This document shows positions 49,717 to 62,433 of a stretch of 64,000 bases of DNA, one piece after another. A model generated the notes under the pieces. The model was given only the letters and a program-made list of their open reading frames with translations. It did no database searches and was not told the DNA's origin. The position numbers and the translations under genes are program-made. The number at the start of each line of letters is the position of its first letter. Position 1 is the stretch's first letter. Source of the stretch: Vezdaea acicularis (lineage: Eukaryota); NCBI GenBank assembly GCA_026025075.1, contig JAPEUI010000003.1:62001-126000 (forward strand), in the 5' to 3' direction.

Positions 49717-51037
49717 AGGATAGAGGATCAAGCAGCCGTATTGCTCTTCCATTTTGCCCCCCGCTACTGGGTTTACGTATGCTCCATCTCTCCTAACAGT
49801 CGCATGTAGCTGTGCCTTTCAATGATCATCCTCTATCTTCCAATGTGATGTGTGCCATCAGCCTTTGTTCGAGATGTACTGTCTCCGTCTGCCACCCGTT
49901 TTGCACTTTAATCGTCCTTGGAAAACAGCGTTCGCCATGAAGATAGCGCACTTTGAGTTCTCCAGACTGAGCCTCGCAAGGCGCAACTCTATAGGAGATG
50001 GCCTCGATTTGCTATGATACCCATTTGCACGCGTATAAACCCCTGGCTTGCGCACGCAAGCGGATATCCGGGCCGCAGAAACGCCAGCTAAAAGGTATAG
50101 GATGTCCGTATGTTGATTAAGAAGAGGTAATGCCGCTTTCATGATCCAGAAGGATCAGATTATTGCATAGTTCACTAGGTTGTCATGCGGGCTCGAGCAT
50201 ACTTTATGCTACGCCGCATATGCCCTACATCGCTAAGAAAGGACGCATGTCAAAGAGGACAGAAGGTGACATTGAATCTTCAGCGAGGCACAATGATTTT
50301 CTTTTTGAATCACATTTCCATCGTCTAGGTCGGATTCTAGAGTATATTAAATGCTCGACTCAAAAACGACGCCCTGGAGGCCATTAACGCCTCTACAACT
50401 AACCAGAGGAAAGAAAGCTAGAGTGACTTCAAAGCTAACAAAGTGCTCTACGCCAGTTGTCATGCCTGCCAAGACCTAATGAATATGATACTGATATGTT
50501 ATTGGCAGTAAGCGCAAGCGCGATGATGATAGAGACACTGTCAACGAAGACAGCAATGAGGAGACGTCAGATCCGGCTATTGAACTGTCCGAGATTGCCC
50601 TCATCCAGCTGTAGAATAGCAGTACTTCACTCTGTAACTTAGAATATAGTTTGGACGAGATAGGGTGCTTGTGCAACTCGCGATGTGAACTCGTTTGTCA
50701 TTTTTTGTTGATTTACACAGGCGCATCAGGCATTTATACTACTAGAATATCTGAGAATTTCTTGCCAGCCAGACTTTAGCAGGGGGAAATAGAACTCTTT
50801 ATCACTACATTTTCATGTTACGGACTTTCGTACAGTGAAAAGGGGTCGTAGAAGTCTTAACGATTTGCGAGCGCGTGCTGACTAAGTCCCGCTACCCAGA
50901 TGATGAGATGCGACGCGATTTACTTCTGGGTATTCGCCGAACTAGAGAAATTTCAAGAGCTGCCTAATAGACAGTTTCAATCCAGACTACCAACTTTCTA
51001 TAATTTCCACAAGCTGTACTACAGCATTTGAGATTTC

Positions 51038-52999
51038 ATGGCAAGTATTTTTGAGCAACCGCGAAATGCGGGTACACTTTGTAAGCATATATCAAAAGCT
51101 TGTGTGGCTAGCATCTACTGACATGAAGAAATAGTTCTCGGCGGGCAGAAAATAAGTGGTGCAGACATACGAGACCAAAACGGTATGCATGGGAGCCGAT
51201 TGATTTGTTTAATTGGGATCTGGCTAATGTTGGTGTAAAGTGCTGGCGACACAGGCTATTGCGAATGTCGTAAAAAGCTCTTTTGGGCCGTCCGGTCTAG
51301 ACAAAATGATGGTTGACGATATTGGGGTATGTTACGTGATTCTTGGGCATGGCATTCAGCTTATAGGGTATAGGATGTGACCGTTACAAACGATGGTGCA
51401 ACGATACTGAGCCTCCTCGATGTCGAGCACCCAGCGGGGAAGATTTTGGTGGACCTTGCACAGCAGCAAGACAAGGAGGTACGTAAAGGCGCACTCCCGC
51501 TTGAGCATACAAGCTAATCAGCTTAGGTCGGTGATGGAACAACCTCGGTCGTCATAATTGCTGCAGAGCTACTAAGGAGGGCGAATGAACTCGTGAAGAA
51601 CCGAATACATCCAACAACAATCATCACTGGCTACCGACTTGCCCTGCGAGAAGCCGTCAAGTACATGCACGAAAATATCAGCGTAAAGGTCGAGCACTTG
51701 GGACGAGAAAGTTTAATAAATATCGCAAAGACGTCTATGTCGAGTAAGATCATCGGTTCTGATTCCGACTTTTTCGCCAACATGGTCGTTGATGCTATGC
51801 AATCCGTCAAGTCAACAAATCTACAGAATGAAGTTAAATACCCAGTAAAGGCAGTCAACATCTTAAAGGCACACGGCAAGAGCTCCCTGGAGTCCGTACT
51901 CGTCAAGGGATATGCGCTGAATTGCACCGTTGCCTCGCAAGCTATGACTACGAGGGTGGTTGATGCGAAAATTGCTTGTCTGGATATGAATCTACAAAAG
52001 GAACGAATGAAACTTGGTGTACAAATAACCATTGACGACCCGAAACAATTGGAGCAGATCCGACAACGAGAAGCTGGCATGGTCATGGACAGAGTCAACA
52101 TGATCTTGAAAGCTGGCGCAAACGTCGTTCTGACTACGAAAGGAATCGATGATCTGGTGTTGAAGTTATTCATAGAGAAGGGTGCTATGGCCGTCCGTCG
52201 CTGCAAGAAGGAAGATTTACGGAGGATAGCAAAGGCAACTGGAGCAACCCTAGTGAGCTCGCTGTCGGACATCAATGGCGATGAAAAGTTCGAGGTCGCT
52301 TCGTTGGGACATGCAGAAGAGGTTGTACAGGAGAGGATATCAGACGACGAGTGCATACTAGTAAAGGGCACGAAAGTGCACACTTCTGCTTCTATCATTC
52401 TACGTGGCTCAAATGACTATCAACTTGATGAGATGGAACGGTCGGTACATGACTCGTTATCTGCTGTGAAGAGGACACTCGAGAGTGGCAGTATCGTGCC
52501 TGGCGGCGGTGCTGTCGAGACAGCTCTGCACATATACTTGGAAGAGTTCGCTGGTACAGTTGTAAGTACCTCAAGAAATCCTTTGGGCGGGCGGTGCTAA
52601 TATAGCATAAAGGGCTCTCGAGAACAGCTCGCCATTGGTGAATTTGCGCAGTCCCTCCTAGTAATTCCGAAGACTCTAGCTGTAAACGCAGCCAAAGACT
52701 CATCAGAGCTCGTCGCACAACTTCGGTCCAGACACGCTCTTAGTCAGCGCATCCAAGACGGTGAGGCTAACCAAGACGAGAAGACGGTTGCCCGGAAGAA
52801 GAACTATAAAAACTATGGACTGGATTTGATGAAGGGCAAAGTCGTCGATGAGGTCAAGGCCGGCGTTCTAGAACCCTCAATGAGCAAAATCAGGCAGCTG
52901 AAGAGCGCGGTAGAGGCTTGCATCGCGATTATGAGGATTGATACTCTGATCAAGCTGGATCCGGAACAGAGGGGGGGTGAGGACGAGCATGGCCATTAG
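51038..52999 (+). CDS. CCT1: T-complex protein 1 subunit alpha (CCT1); multi-exon
   Basis: Motifs [52 protein letters not shown] and [10 protein letters not shown] are present. Confidence 0.96.
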
Positions 53000-53146
53000 C
53001 GACGGCGCGTTTGGGCATTCACATTTGATGTCTTGTAGGACTATAAAATCTCGAGCATAGCGTAGAATGTCGTTGCAAAACATTACGGGTCTCTCCCCAG
53101 TCACAGATCTGAATGATTCCTAAGTTTATGCGAAGAATGGGCCACG

Positions 53147-53330
53147 CACCCGGTGAGCAAAATAGTTGTCACACCAAAAAACTAGCGAGGTATCTTACCG
53201 GCAAAATTGTTAGAGGGGGTACCTCGCTTCTGGTCGAAATGCAAGAGAGGTAAAGTACCCTACCACCCTGATTTGGTGAGGAGGTACCTCGCTTAAGCTT
53301 TGGTGTGACAACGTTTTTGCTCACCGGGTG
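53147..53330. mobile_element. MITE-like non-autonomous DNA element, 184 bp, with about 49-bp imperfect terminal inverted repeats and a CCACG target-site duplication
   Basis: The left arm (53147-53195) cacccggtgagcaaaatagttgtcacaccaaa... matches the reverse complement of the right arm (53282-53330) at 41/49, and 30/32 at the ends. The flanks carry ccacg at 53142-53146 and 53331-53335. There is no ORF. Confidence 0.75.
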
Positions 53331-53404
53331 CCACGCTAGACCAATTAGCGAAGCGAGAAACTTATGATTCATAAATTGTTTAGCGGGAGATTTTGTCACT
53401 TGCA

Positions 53405-53476
53405 GCCCATATAGCTCAGCGGTAGAGCGGAAGATTGCAGATCTTCAGGTCCATCGTTCGAATCGGTGTGTGGGCT
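53405..53476 (+). tRNA. tRNA-Cys (anticodon GCA), intronless
   Basis: Cloverleaf: acceptor GCCCATA/TGTGGGC, D arm GCTC-AGCGGTA-GAGC, anticodon arm GAAGA-TTGCAGA-TCTTC, T arm CATCG-TTCGAAT-CGGTG, U discriminator. T-tracts (Pol III terminator) follow. Confidence 0.96.
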
Positions 53477-54328
53477 TTTATCTTGCTTTGCCTTTTTTTA
53501 AAAGTTTGATAAGATTTGATTGTTTTTGATCCATACCACACGATTGCTTACGCTCTTCTCGACCTAGGTCCACAGAGACGGCGACCCTTCGTCTGCGACT
53601 CTCCTCTTGCGAGGCCAAAACCTTAATTTTCGCCGTCCCTGAAATGGACGGGTCCAATGGCTAAATCCAAGGATAGATTCCCGCACGGTTATGGTTCGTT
53701 CGGCACCAGCCCCCAAATGCAGGCCCAAGCAGATTTCCCCGGTGAAAGCCGTCGACCCAGTGCCCCCCCAGCTTCGACCAACCAGCGGTCGGCCGTCAAT
53801 TCGTACTCGGTTAAAAGTAAGCTTAACGACGCACCGTCTTCTGCACGCATCCCGGAGCTTTTATTGAATGGCATTCTCGAAGAGGTAATGCGGATCAACG
53901 GCCGTGCCCTGTCGTGCCCGCGCAGCAAGTTTGGGAAAGCTTGGCTGCGCCTTTTCGATCTCTTGGTGGGCTTGGTATCGGGTCTGGCCTTCTGCGTTAG
54001 GGGTGCGGTTCCTCGTGGGACAGTCCCTATTTGCTGCTCCCCGCTCTGTGGTGTTTGACTGTGCGGCTGCACTGCAGGTTAAACAGCGGGTGGACAATAA
54101 GCCTCATGTTCCTAGATGGAACTGGGCACTTGGCGTCACTTGGCGCTGCTGTTCGTGCTTTTCTTCTTCCCGAGTTCGTGGTTATATAGGATTGGGGTAA
54201 CCGCGAACGAGATTTCTCTTACTTTGTTTATTCTTGACTAGCTTGAGCAGAAAGGCACCCTTCTATTCTTTACTTTATCAAGAGTATTGATAATCTATTT
54301 ACTTCGAAGAGATCGTCACTCTTCCGAT

Positions 54329-55168
54329 ATGCGTTTCACCGCCCTCGCCCTCGGCGCTTTCCTTGAGCTTGTGGCAGCCATACCTGCCGAGCTCGAGCCC
54401 CGCGGTCCGTCTTCTCCTTCCCCCAATTCAGGAGACATATTCTGATAGGCCTCTAGCAACGACTTGCAACCACGACAACATCTACCGGTCCTTCGTGGTC
54501 CCGACGAATTCCATCTGCGCCAGCGCCTTCTGCAGCAGCTTCATCGCGACCCCTTTTCCAGCTGTGACGTCCGTCTTCCCATCCCTTACCCCTCCAGCCA
54601 AGCCAAAGCTAACCCCAACCCCGTTTTCAGCGCCGGCACCACCACAACAACCACCACCCTCACCCGCTCCATCTTCACAACCTCCACCCCACCCCCCGCA
54701 AAGGCCAAACGCCAAGCCGCCCCCAGCTGCACGACCTCCTTCCGCGTCGACTTCGACTTCTACGGCAGCTCGCGCATCTCCAGCGCCTGCTCCTGCATCG
54801 TCACCGCCCCCTCCTCCTATTCCGTCACAGGCACCACCACCATCCCTGCCGCCACCCAAGTCGTCACCTCAAAGACCACAGAGACGGACGTCTACCTGCC
54901 CTCGGGCTATCCCGTCTGCGGCATCCGGGGCTATGCCAGCCCCAAGAACCAAGATGGAGGGTTTGGCACCGGCGCAACCCCGGCGTACTGCCATCAATAC
55001 TGTCTTGATAACTCGGCCCCGCCGTATAGTGGCTGCGGCACGTTCAGCTACAACTCTGTCGATGGGACGTGCCAGACGTATAAAGGCCCGGCGACGTCGA
55101 ACGGGTTCCACGTGGATCCGAATAGTCCAAATATCTTCTATGATAACAGCTGCTCGGTCCCTTCGTAG
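54329..55168 (+). CDS. Secreted Cys/Thr-rich protein with a C-terminal PAN/Apple-like domain; 3 exons
   Basis: A signal peptide MRFTALALGAFLELVAA is followed by CNHDN..R..AFCS, a Thr-rich linker, a KR site and SRISSACSC. The C-terminal CGIRGY...CHQYC...CGTFSY...CQTY...FYDNSC Cys spacing resembles PAN/Apple domains. Confidence 0.8.
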
Positions 55169-55357
55169 AGAGCCAAAGTGGGGAAAGACAGAGATGAACA
55201 ACGGCAGGTTAAGGGATATATGGTATCGATGAATGCATGATTATCATGAAATGGGAAAACATTATTTATTCGTCGTAAACTTCTTACAAGACGTACTCGT
55301 GACCTGATATTGGGTCGGCTAGATTCCATAAATGAATGGTTGATTCTTCCCATATTC

Positions 55358-57174
55358 CTAGAAGTCCTGAGGCCAAGGAAATGATAGGGACTTGTACTTC
55401 ACCTTCCAAGAAAGCCTTTCGTTTGATAATGGCGTTCTGAACCCGAGGGTGGGAAGTGCAACTGGCTGTTCTCGTTCAAGAAAGACCGGCAGAGTGTATC
55501 GAATTTTCCCCGGTGCTGCCTCTAGAAGCATGCGTTTGAGCGATAGCCACTCATAGGTTCCCAAAGACCGTTTGAGATAATTTAAGTGCTCGTCCGTGAG
55601 AAATGCCAATTTGAGTTCTGCACAAAGATTGAGTGAAACCTGGAACCAATATCGGTCATCCCAGTGATACCAGATCGGGTCATCCGATGTTAGCACAGGG
55701 CATATTGGTATCCCGAGGACTTTCCGTGGGATTTGTCTGTGCATAAGCCAAGGAATCATCGACCGATTACCTGCTTTATCTAAAGTACTGTATATATTTT
55801 CCTTTTCGTCTTGAGAACTGCGCACACTTATCTCAACATGAGAAATATTAGACGCTGCCCGACTTCGCCCTTTATGCTCCTGCTTGAGCATTGACACTAT
55901 CGATTGTACACTCCTCTGTGAGCGTTTTGGAAGTCCTGGAGAGACGAGAGCAATCGTCTTTTCAGTCACCCGGGCCCAAACGTGTGCTAGGTCCTTCTTC
56001 GAAAGCTTCTTCTGGTCAGACTCCGAAAGAAGGTGGATCGGCTCTTTAGGCATGTGAATGACCAGTCTACCAGATCTGAGGTCTAGAGCTTGTATTGTGC
56101 AGCTTCTTAAAATAGTTTTAGTTAGGTTATTACATATTTCCTGTTTGCTGGCTAGTTTATCATTCAGAGCCGATAAAGCAGGAAGTTGGAGCGCGGCGGG
56201 CAAAGATCCCTTTTGGAGGAGGCTTCGGACCGTGTTACGGGGCGTCAGACTCGGATCGTCATTTGTGTGATCTTCTACCCAGGCAATACCATGATGTCGG
56301 CAAGTAGATATCAGCCTCTCTTTCTTAAAGTTGAGGAAAGGACGACAGATGTCCATTCCACATGTCGCGATGCCAATCTCAAAAGAGCTAGCGGCGCCGG
56401 AAGTAGGTCTTGGTAGCAACCACTCCTTCTCAATATCAAATCGATCTGCGATCATTTCTTCATGACTCTGCCTTGAAGTTTCGGCTTGGCAATCTTCGTA
56501 AACTCCGTGAATGCTTTGGCATTCAGGTATCCGGGTGCGAGGTACCAAACCTCTGAGGCCGAAGGCTCGATGACCCTTGGAGATTCGAAGAAGCATTGAC
56601 TCTGCGAGGTCGTCTGCGTGATGTGCTGCAAGCAAAGTCGAGGCCATATCATCTCGGCAAGCTTTGCCCAGAGCTTGATACCGAAGGGTACGGGCTTTTG
56701 TCTCAAAGCCTGACATCGTCATCGGATCAAGTCCACTCGGCCATTTCAAAGTAAGCACCGCCGATGTGACCCCTAGTTTGTCATTTAGTCTTATATACGC
56801 AATTTGATATTCAACTCATTCTCACCAATGTCGGAGAGGGTCTTCGCAACCCCCGCTGCTTCAGCTTCACTTCCCGGCCTTGCTCTATGATCGACTACAT
56901 ACGCCTTCACTTTGAGATTCAAGCGAGGATAGTCATTTGTCAAGTTGCGACAGAGGACCGCTAATGCCATCGAGTCGACACCGCCGCTGACGGCGAGGCC
57001 TGTGAATGTTCAGCGCGCGCTATTGCATGGGTTATAGGTAGACATGTACGAACCTAATCGATTGACTGTGCGATCTTTTGTAGAAGGCCGCCATATTGTC
57101 GTTAGAGCTCTATAGAACTCTGCTGAGCTAATTGGAGATATATCTGGGATCCGTATCAGCTGCTGAAACGTCAT
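55358..57174 (-). CDS. tilS: TilS/MesJ-like PP-loop ATPase (tRNA(Ile)-lysidine synthetase homologue), probably mitochondrial; 3 exons
   Basis: Motifs GLAVSGGVDSMALA, VDHRARPGSEAEA, ARTLRYQAL, AHHADDLAESMLLR, RPFL, WVEDHTN and RNTVR are present. Confidence 0.88.
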
Positions 57175-57366
57175 GCCATTAGGTCGAATATTAGCTGTTT
57201 AAGGGCGTAGTCGCTGCCGCAAAATAATTTGATCGGAACGAAGCGATCACCTTGAAACAACTACAGTCTGTCATAGACGTCATAACAACCATAATGTCGA
57301 CACCAGGCGCACCAACAAGTAAGTTGGAGCACCACTAAACTTTCCCAATCATGTAATTCGCATGAA

Positions 57367-58301
57367 ATGTCTTTGAGTCTCAAGTTTGACTCTCCATACG
57401 CCCGTGCTCTATTGGTATGCCCTGCCCCAAACCTACACGCTGAAGCGGCACTAAAAGCTAAAGACAGGCGGGCGGTGTAGCGGGTACCACTGTCGATCTA
57501 TCCCTCTATCCTATTGATACCTTGAAGACACGTCTCCAATCATCAAGCGGCTTCGCTCAGTCTGGCGGTTTCCATGGCGTCTACAAGGGCGTCGGAAGCG
57601 CCCTTGTGGGCTCTGCGCCCGGAGCTGCGTTATTCTTCGTGACCTACGAGCGTGCGAAAGGGTTTTTCAAGAACTTACGCGCTGCCGATGAGAAATTGGG
57701 AAGCGGACCTGGACGAGGTGTGATGGGAGATTGGAGTGAGCCTGTGGAGCATATGATGGCTGCTAGCATGGGAGAAATCGCGGCATGTGCTGTGCGAGTG
57801 CCAACTGAGGTGGTGAAGCAGAGAGCGCAGGCTGGGCAGTATGCAAGTAGCTGGCAGGCTCTTCGGCATATCTTAAGCCAGCGCCGCCTGATAGGGCTGA
57901 AAGGCGTTTGGAAAGAAATGTACCGTGGGTGGTCTGTGACCGTCATTCGCGAGGTTCCTTTCACCGTCGTGCAATTTCCTTTATGGGAAGGCATGAAGGA
58001 GTGGCGGAGGCGGAAAACTGGGAGGGACGGCATATCAGCTTTAGAGAGCGGGCTTTTTGGCAGTCTGGCTGGTGCTATTGCCGCAGGGATCACAACACCT
58101 CTAGATGTGCTCAAGACGCGGATGATGCTTGCCAAGGAAAAGGAAAATGTACTTCCTCTGTTGATGCAAATTGTGAGAGTATCTGGACCTTCAGCATTTT
58201 TTGCAGGGATAGGCCCGAGAGTACTTTGGATCTCTGCAGGTGGAGCGATATTTCTAGGGAGTTACCAATGGGCGTTCAATGCATTAGAAACGCTGAGGTA
58301 A
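57367..58301 (+). CDS. PET8: Mitochondrial S-adenosylmethionine carrier (PET8/SAM5); 2 exons
   Basis: Three carrier signatures are present: PIDTLKTRLQ, PTEVVKQRAQ and PLDVLKTRMM. Also GSAPGAALFF, REVPFTVVQFPLWE and PRVLWISAGGAIFLGSY. Confidence 0.93.
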
Positions 58302-58414
58302 CCCAAGTGCAGTTGTATATAGAGGTTATTACCATAATATTGTAAAAATTTGCAAGGGTGGCCTGCCAACGCCTTGTTATCGCAGCAAGTTCTCTACACC
58401 AAGCCCTCCCTATA

Positions 58415-61400
58415 TTACTGAGCTGCTTCTGGTGATGTAGCAGCGATCAACTGTACAGTAGCCTTAGACAATTCTTCGGCCTCCCGCCGCCTCCGTTCCG
58501 CAACTTCCTCTGGAGACAGCTCCCCAAGTATCTTCTTACGTCCATTATTTTTATAGTAGAGTAAGACGTCACCAGCATTCTTCCAAACATAAGCTCGTAG
58601 AGTCGCAAGGGTCATGGTTGGGGGAACAATCTTCAAGATTGATGAGCAACTTCATGTTGAGAGTATTGGGGACTAGACTAACCTGATCGTGGCAGTATAT
58701 TTCAAGGTAATCTTCCGGTTTAAGTGCGTTAGGGTCCGGTTTCTCCGGCTGAGGTTCAAGTCTTTCCGCAACATAACCACAAACCTTTCTCACGCGCAAC
58801 ATCCGATTTGCGTTCAAGCGTGCATTGCTCGGCTGTCCCGGTCTACGAAGGGTTAGCGGAACCTTGGAGGGACAGCGGCAGTCTTACCCATCTGCAGTGG
58901 CAATGCTAGGGAGCAGATCTCCCCAAGGATTTAGAACAAAGGAGACTTTCACCGGATCTTTGAGCGGTATTTGATTCTGCCTTTGCATTAGGGCATACGA
59001 GGAGGCTGAATCGTGGAGGAAGCCACTTACTCTCAACAACAACTCCGCTAACCAGTTAGGAGCAACTCTTTCAAGTGTATCTGCATCCGCACCGACGGAT
59101 CCTACCGTTCCTCGGTAGATGTCAGCAACGCCGCCAGAGTCTGGCCGATCTTCTTGGACAATGACGGTCGTGTATAATGGTGGTTTTAAGACGGGAGTCT
59201 CATTTGGTAGACTCGGGGTAATGCCACTCAGGATTTCTTGCCCAGGATGCTGCTGAAGTTGGTGCGCGTAATCGTTTTGAAGCCTTTGTATGCAGCCGAA
59301 AAAGCTCTCTTCGAGAGCATTCGCTCTCATATCTTGCTTCGAGCTCTCATCTGAGTCTTCCGACTTCTCGTCAACGGCAGCCGGCCTTGTTTCTGCTGAT
59401 GTTATCCGACTAAGCTTTTTTGTATTGAATGATGGCATTCTAAACTTCTTGCCAAATAACGACGTACTCTCTTTTACAGGATTATCCTTTTCGCCATCAG
59501 CGGACGGAACACTCCCTTGGTTGCTGGAATCTTCGCTATGATCGGTGTTATTAGGGGTACCTTTAGCGCCACCTTCAGCGGAGGGAAAGCTTTGCGAAGC
59601 GTTGTGGCCAGAACCAAAATAGTCACCAGTCCTGTCTGTAGACATACTCGGTTGGCTTGATCGGGAAAGTCGTTTATCGAGCTCATTATCCTCCTCCAGA
59701 GGGGGGGACAGATGGCTATCAGCTAGAGCGCCCTGTTGAGCCTGCGAGCCTGGAGTCATTACACCTATAGAGAGGCCTGGAGTCATGGGTGGATGATGGC
59801 CCCCGTTTAGAGCCCGAGGCGTTGTGGCCGAGTCAGAGAGGAGTGTACTAGCACTGTCCCAACCAGCCAAGGGTGTAGGTGGAATCTGGATAGAAGTGGG
59901 AGCTTTCCTGCGGATCTGCGAATCTGTGTTGTCTTTTAGAGATCTGCGGTAAAGTTCATCCCTCCTTATTTCTTCGTCAATCAGATTTGAAAAGAGATAA
60001 CGTAGGACCCATTTCCCGTAATTCACTGCTTGGTTTAGCTTCACTTCATAGTTCAACTTGATGAGCGGAGGGCATGTGAAAGACCGTATACTATTAAACA
60101 GACAGTGTACTTACATCTTTGATCGTCTTTAAAGTCAATATTTTCGTCTAACTTGAGCTCATCCGCGTACATTTCGCCGTCAAAGCACGAGTTTTCATCA
60201 AGTACACAAGCTAGACGTCCAGTCCGAGTGTCCACGGTGCACCAATTCGCAACAGACTCAAAGGTATTGACTTCTGGTGCGACATCTTCAAGGTGCCGCT
60301 TTCCAAATGACTGTAAGGGAATGCACTGGGAGTTTTTGAGTAAAAGAATTTCCACCAGTCAGGCTAGAGAGGGTTCACACCTTGAGTAAATCCCACATAA
60401 CGACCTCGCCTGCTGTATCAAGGGTGAGAACTCGTCTTCTATCATTAAGCATAATGTGTTTGATTAGACCATTCTGGCCTTCAATACATTCATCGGGTAA
60501 GCTGTGGGCTGGTGTTATCACTCCGTTATCAGCATCGACGACGCCTTCTGATGGCTTTCTACCGCTGACTGTTGAGTATGAAGTAGAGGTGTCAGCATCA
60601 TGGGAAAACTGTGTTGGAAAAACAGCGGTGCTCGAAAGACGGAGGTTAGCACTATGATGTATTTGTTTCTTGGGCATACCGGAACTTATGGAAGGGTTTC
60701 GGCGGGTATTAGAAGGGCTGGTCTTGTATCGCGATGTCGCACTTGAAGCTCGGTGATGATGCTGGTATTCTGGCGTACTAACAGTCCCCTCTGTATCAAC
60801 ATCTAGCCAACGATTAAGGCTTGAACTTGAAGTCGCTGTCCAAATGTATCCACCACTAGCAACAACTTTGCTAACACCATCGTGCTCCTGAAGCGCAGCC
60901 AGGCAGATGCCATCATCCATCTCAAGCGATCCTCGTACATCCGTTTTGGCAACGAGACCTGATCTGTCGCCTGAATAAAAGACTGAGAGCTGCGGATGAT
61001 CTGAGTAAAGGGACCATACGCTGTCATTGTGCATCGTGAGCGTATGTACACATCGTCCTGCAGCGACGGACCATACTTTTACGGTCTGGTCGGAGGAAGC
61101 AGTCATAATCATATCACCAGTTGCATTGATGAGCACATCTCGTATGTTGTCCGTGTGGCCAACAAATTTGGTGATTCTTTTTCCTGATCTTGGATCCCAG
61201 ACTCTTACTATGCTTTCCGGCCCCCCACTAGCAAGAATACCGCCCCCAACTGCAAGTGCATACACTGACCCTTTTTCAGTCCTTTCTTCCTGGTCAACCT
61301 CTATCTTAAGCTTCTGCCCGCCGCCATTCAAATCCCACATGTATATTTTGCGATCAAGGCCTCCTGAGGCTACCCAGTCGGACTGGTGGCTGGGCGCTTT

Positions 61401-61953
61401 GACACATTTGACGTAGTCGCTATGGAGCCCTATTGTCTGGGGAAGCATGTTATCATGTGCATTAGGCCTCCATAGTTTGACGGTAAGATCTGAAGATGCC
61501 GAGACCAGAGCGGAATTATCATGAGTTAAGAGTATGTCGTTCACCCAATGAGTGTGAGCTTGCATCTGTCGGCGGTTTGAGGAGGGCGCGCCAGAAACCT
61601 TGGAACCCGCATCTGACGGAGCTCTTGGATTTTCCAGAGATGTGTCTGGACCATGCTGAAGGTTGACGCCCAGGTCCCAAGAACAAATGAGCCCATCTCG
61701 ACCGCCCGAATACCTACTCTGCATGTAAGTGCAGCTCTCTGCCACGGACCTAGGTGGTATACGAACAAGATTGACTGGCTACTATCCACCGCAAGTCCGT
61801 TGACTCCAAGCCTATGCCCTGCCGGTAAATTTGGAAGCTGTAAGACTATTCATCATGTGTCAGCCCACTAAGTGCTGAGGAGCTGGTTAGAGCCCGAATT
61901 GCTCAAAGGCTTGACTGACCATAGCTCACTCTCTTACGCGTTTTGCGCGCCAT
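58415..61953 (-). CDS. WDR48: WDR48/UAF1 (Bun107/Duf1)-like WD40 deubiquitinase cofactor; multi-exon
   Basis: It starts [23 protein letters not shown] and contains [25 protein letters not shown] and [20 protein letters not shown]. The C-terminus has [13 protein letters not shown] and [12 protein letters not shown]. Confidence 0.92.
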
Positions 61954-62433
61954 TTAGGGGGGGGTTGTCCAAATTATGCAGCGCAAGCATTGGTCTCTAA
62001 GATATGACCATGGCTGCTAAAAAGAAACTATTCTTCACATGGACCGGTGTTGCGAAACGAACCCAGGTAAGATTATGAGCTTCACTCGTTCTATCAAAGG
62101 CAGTGCAACAGGCGCAAGACTGGCAATTAATCGTAAGACACATGAACAATTGCAATCATGGTTGTTTCTATAAATCACTGTAGTCTGTAGGAAGTTCATG
62201 GTCACAACATCTTAGAGCTTCAGTACGCTAGATATTAGAGTGCCTGGCGAATCATTTGCTATGAAATCGTAGCGGTCTCTATGTCTGTACATATTACGGT
62301 GGACTGTAAGACCCTACAATGCTTCATTGCCGAAATAATTTCTGTTACGTCTGGAATCTTCTTCGCTCTCGAAACCAAATACTTCAACACAATCCACCAC
62401 TAATTTCAGAAAAGACTCATATAAAACGGCACA

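Noticed and set aside
49800..50900. Short ORFs between HEI10 and CCT1
   Set aside because: No motifs or coherent splice model were found.
62340..62375. Heat-shock element upstream of HSP10
   Set aside because: Only a two-unit GAAnnTTC (62354-62361) is present, with no properly phased third unit.
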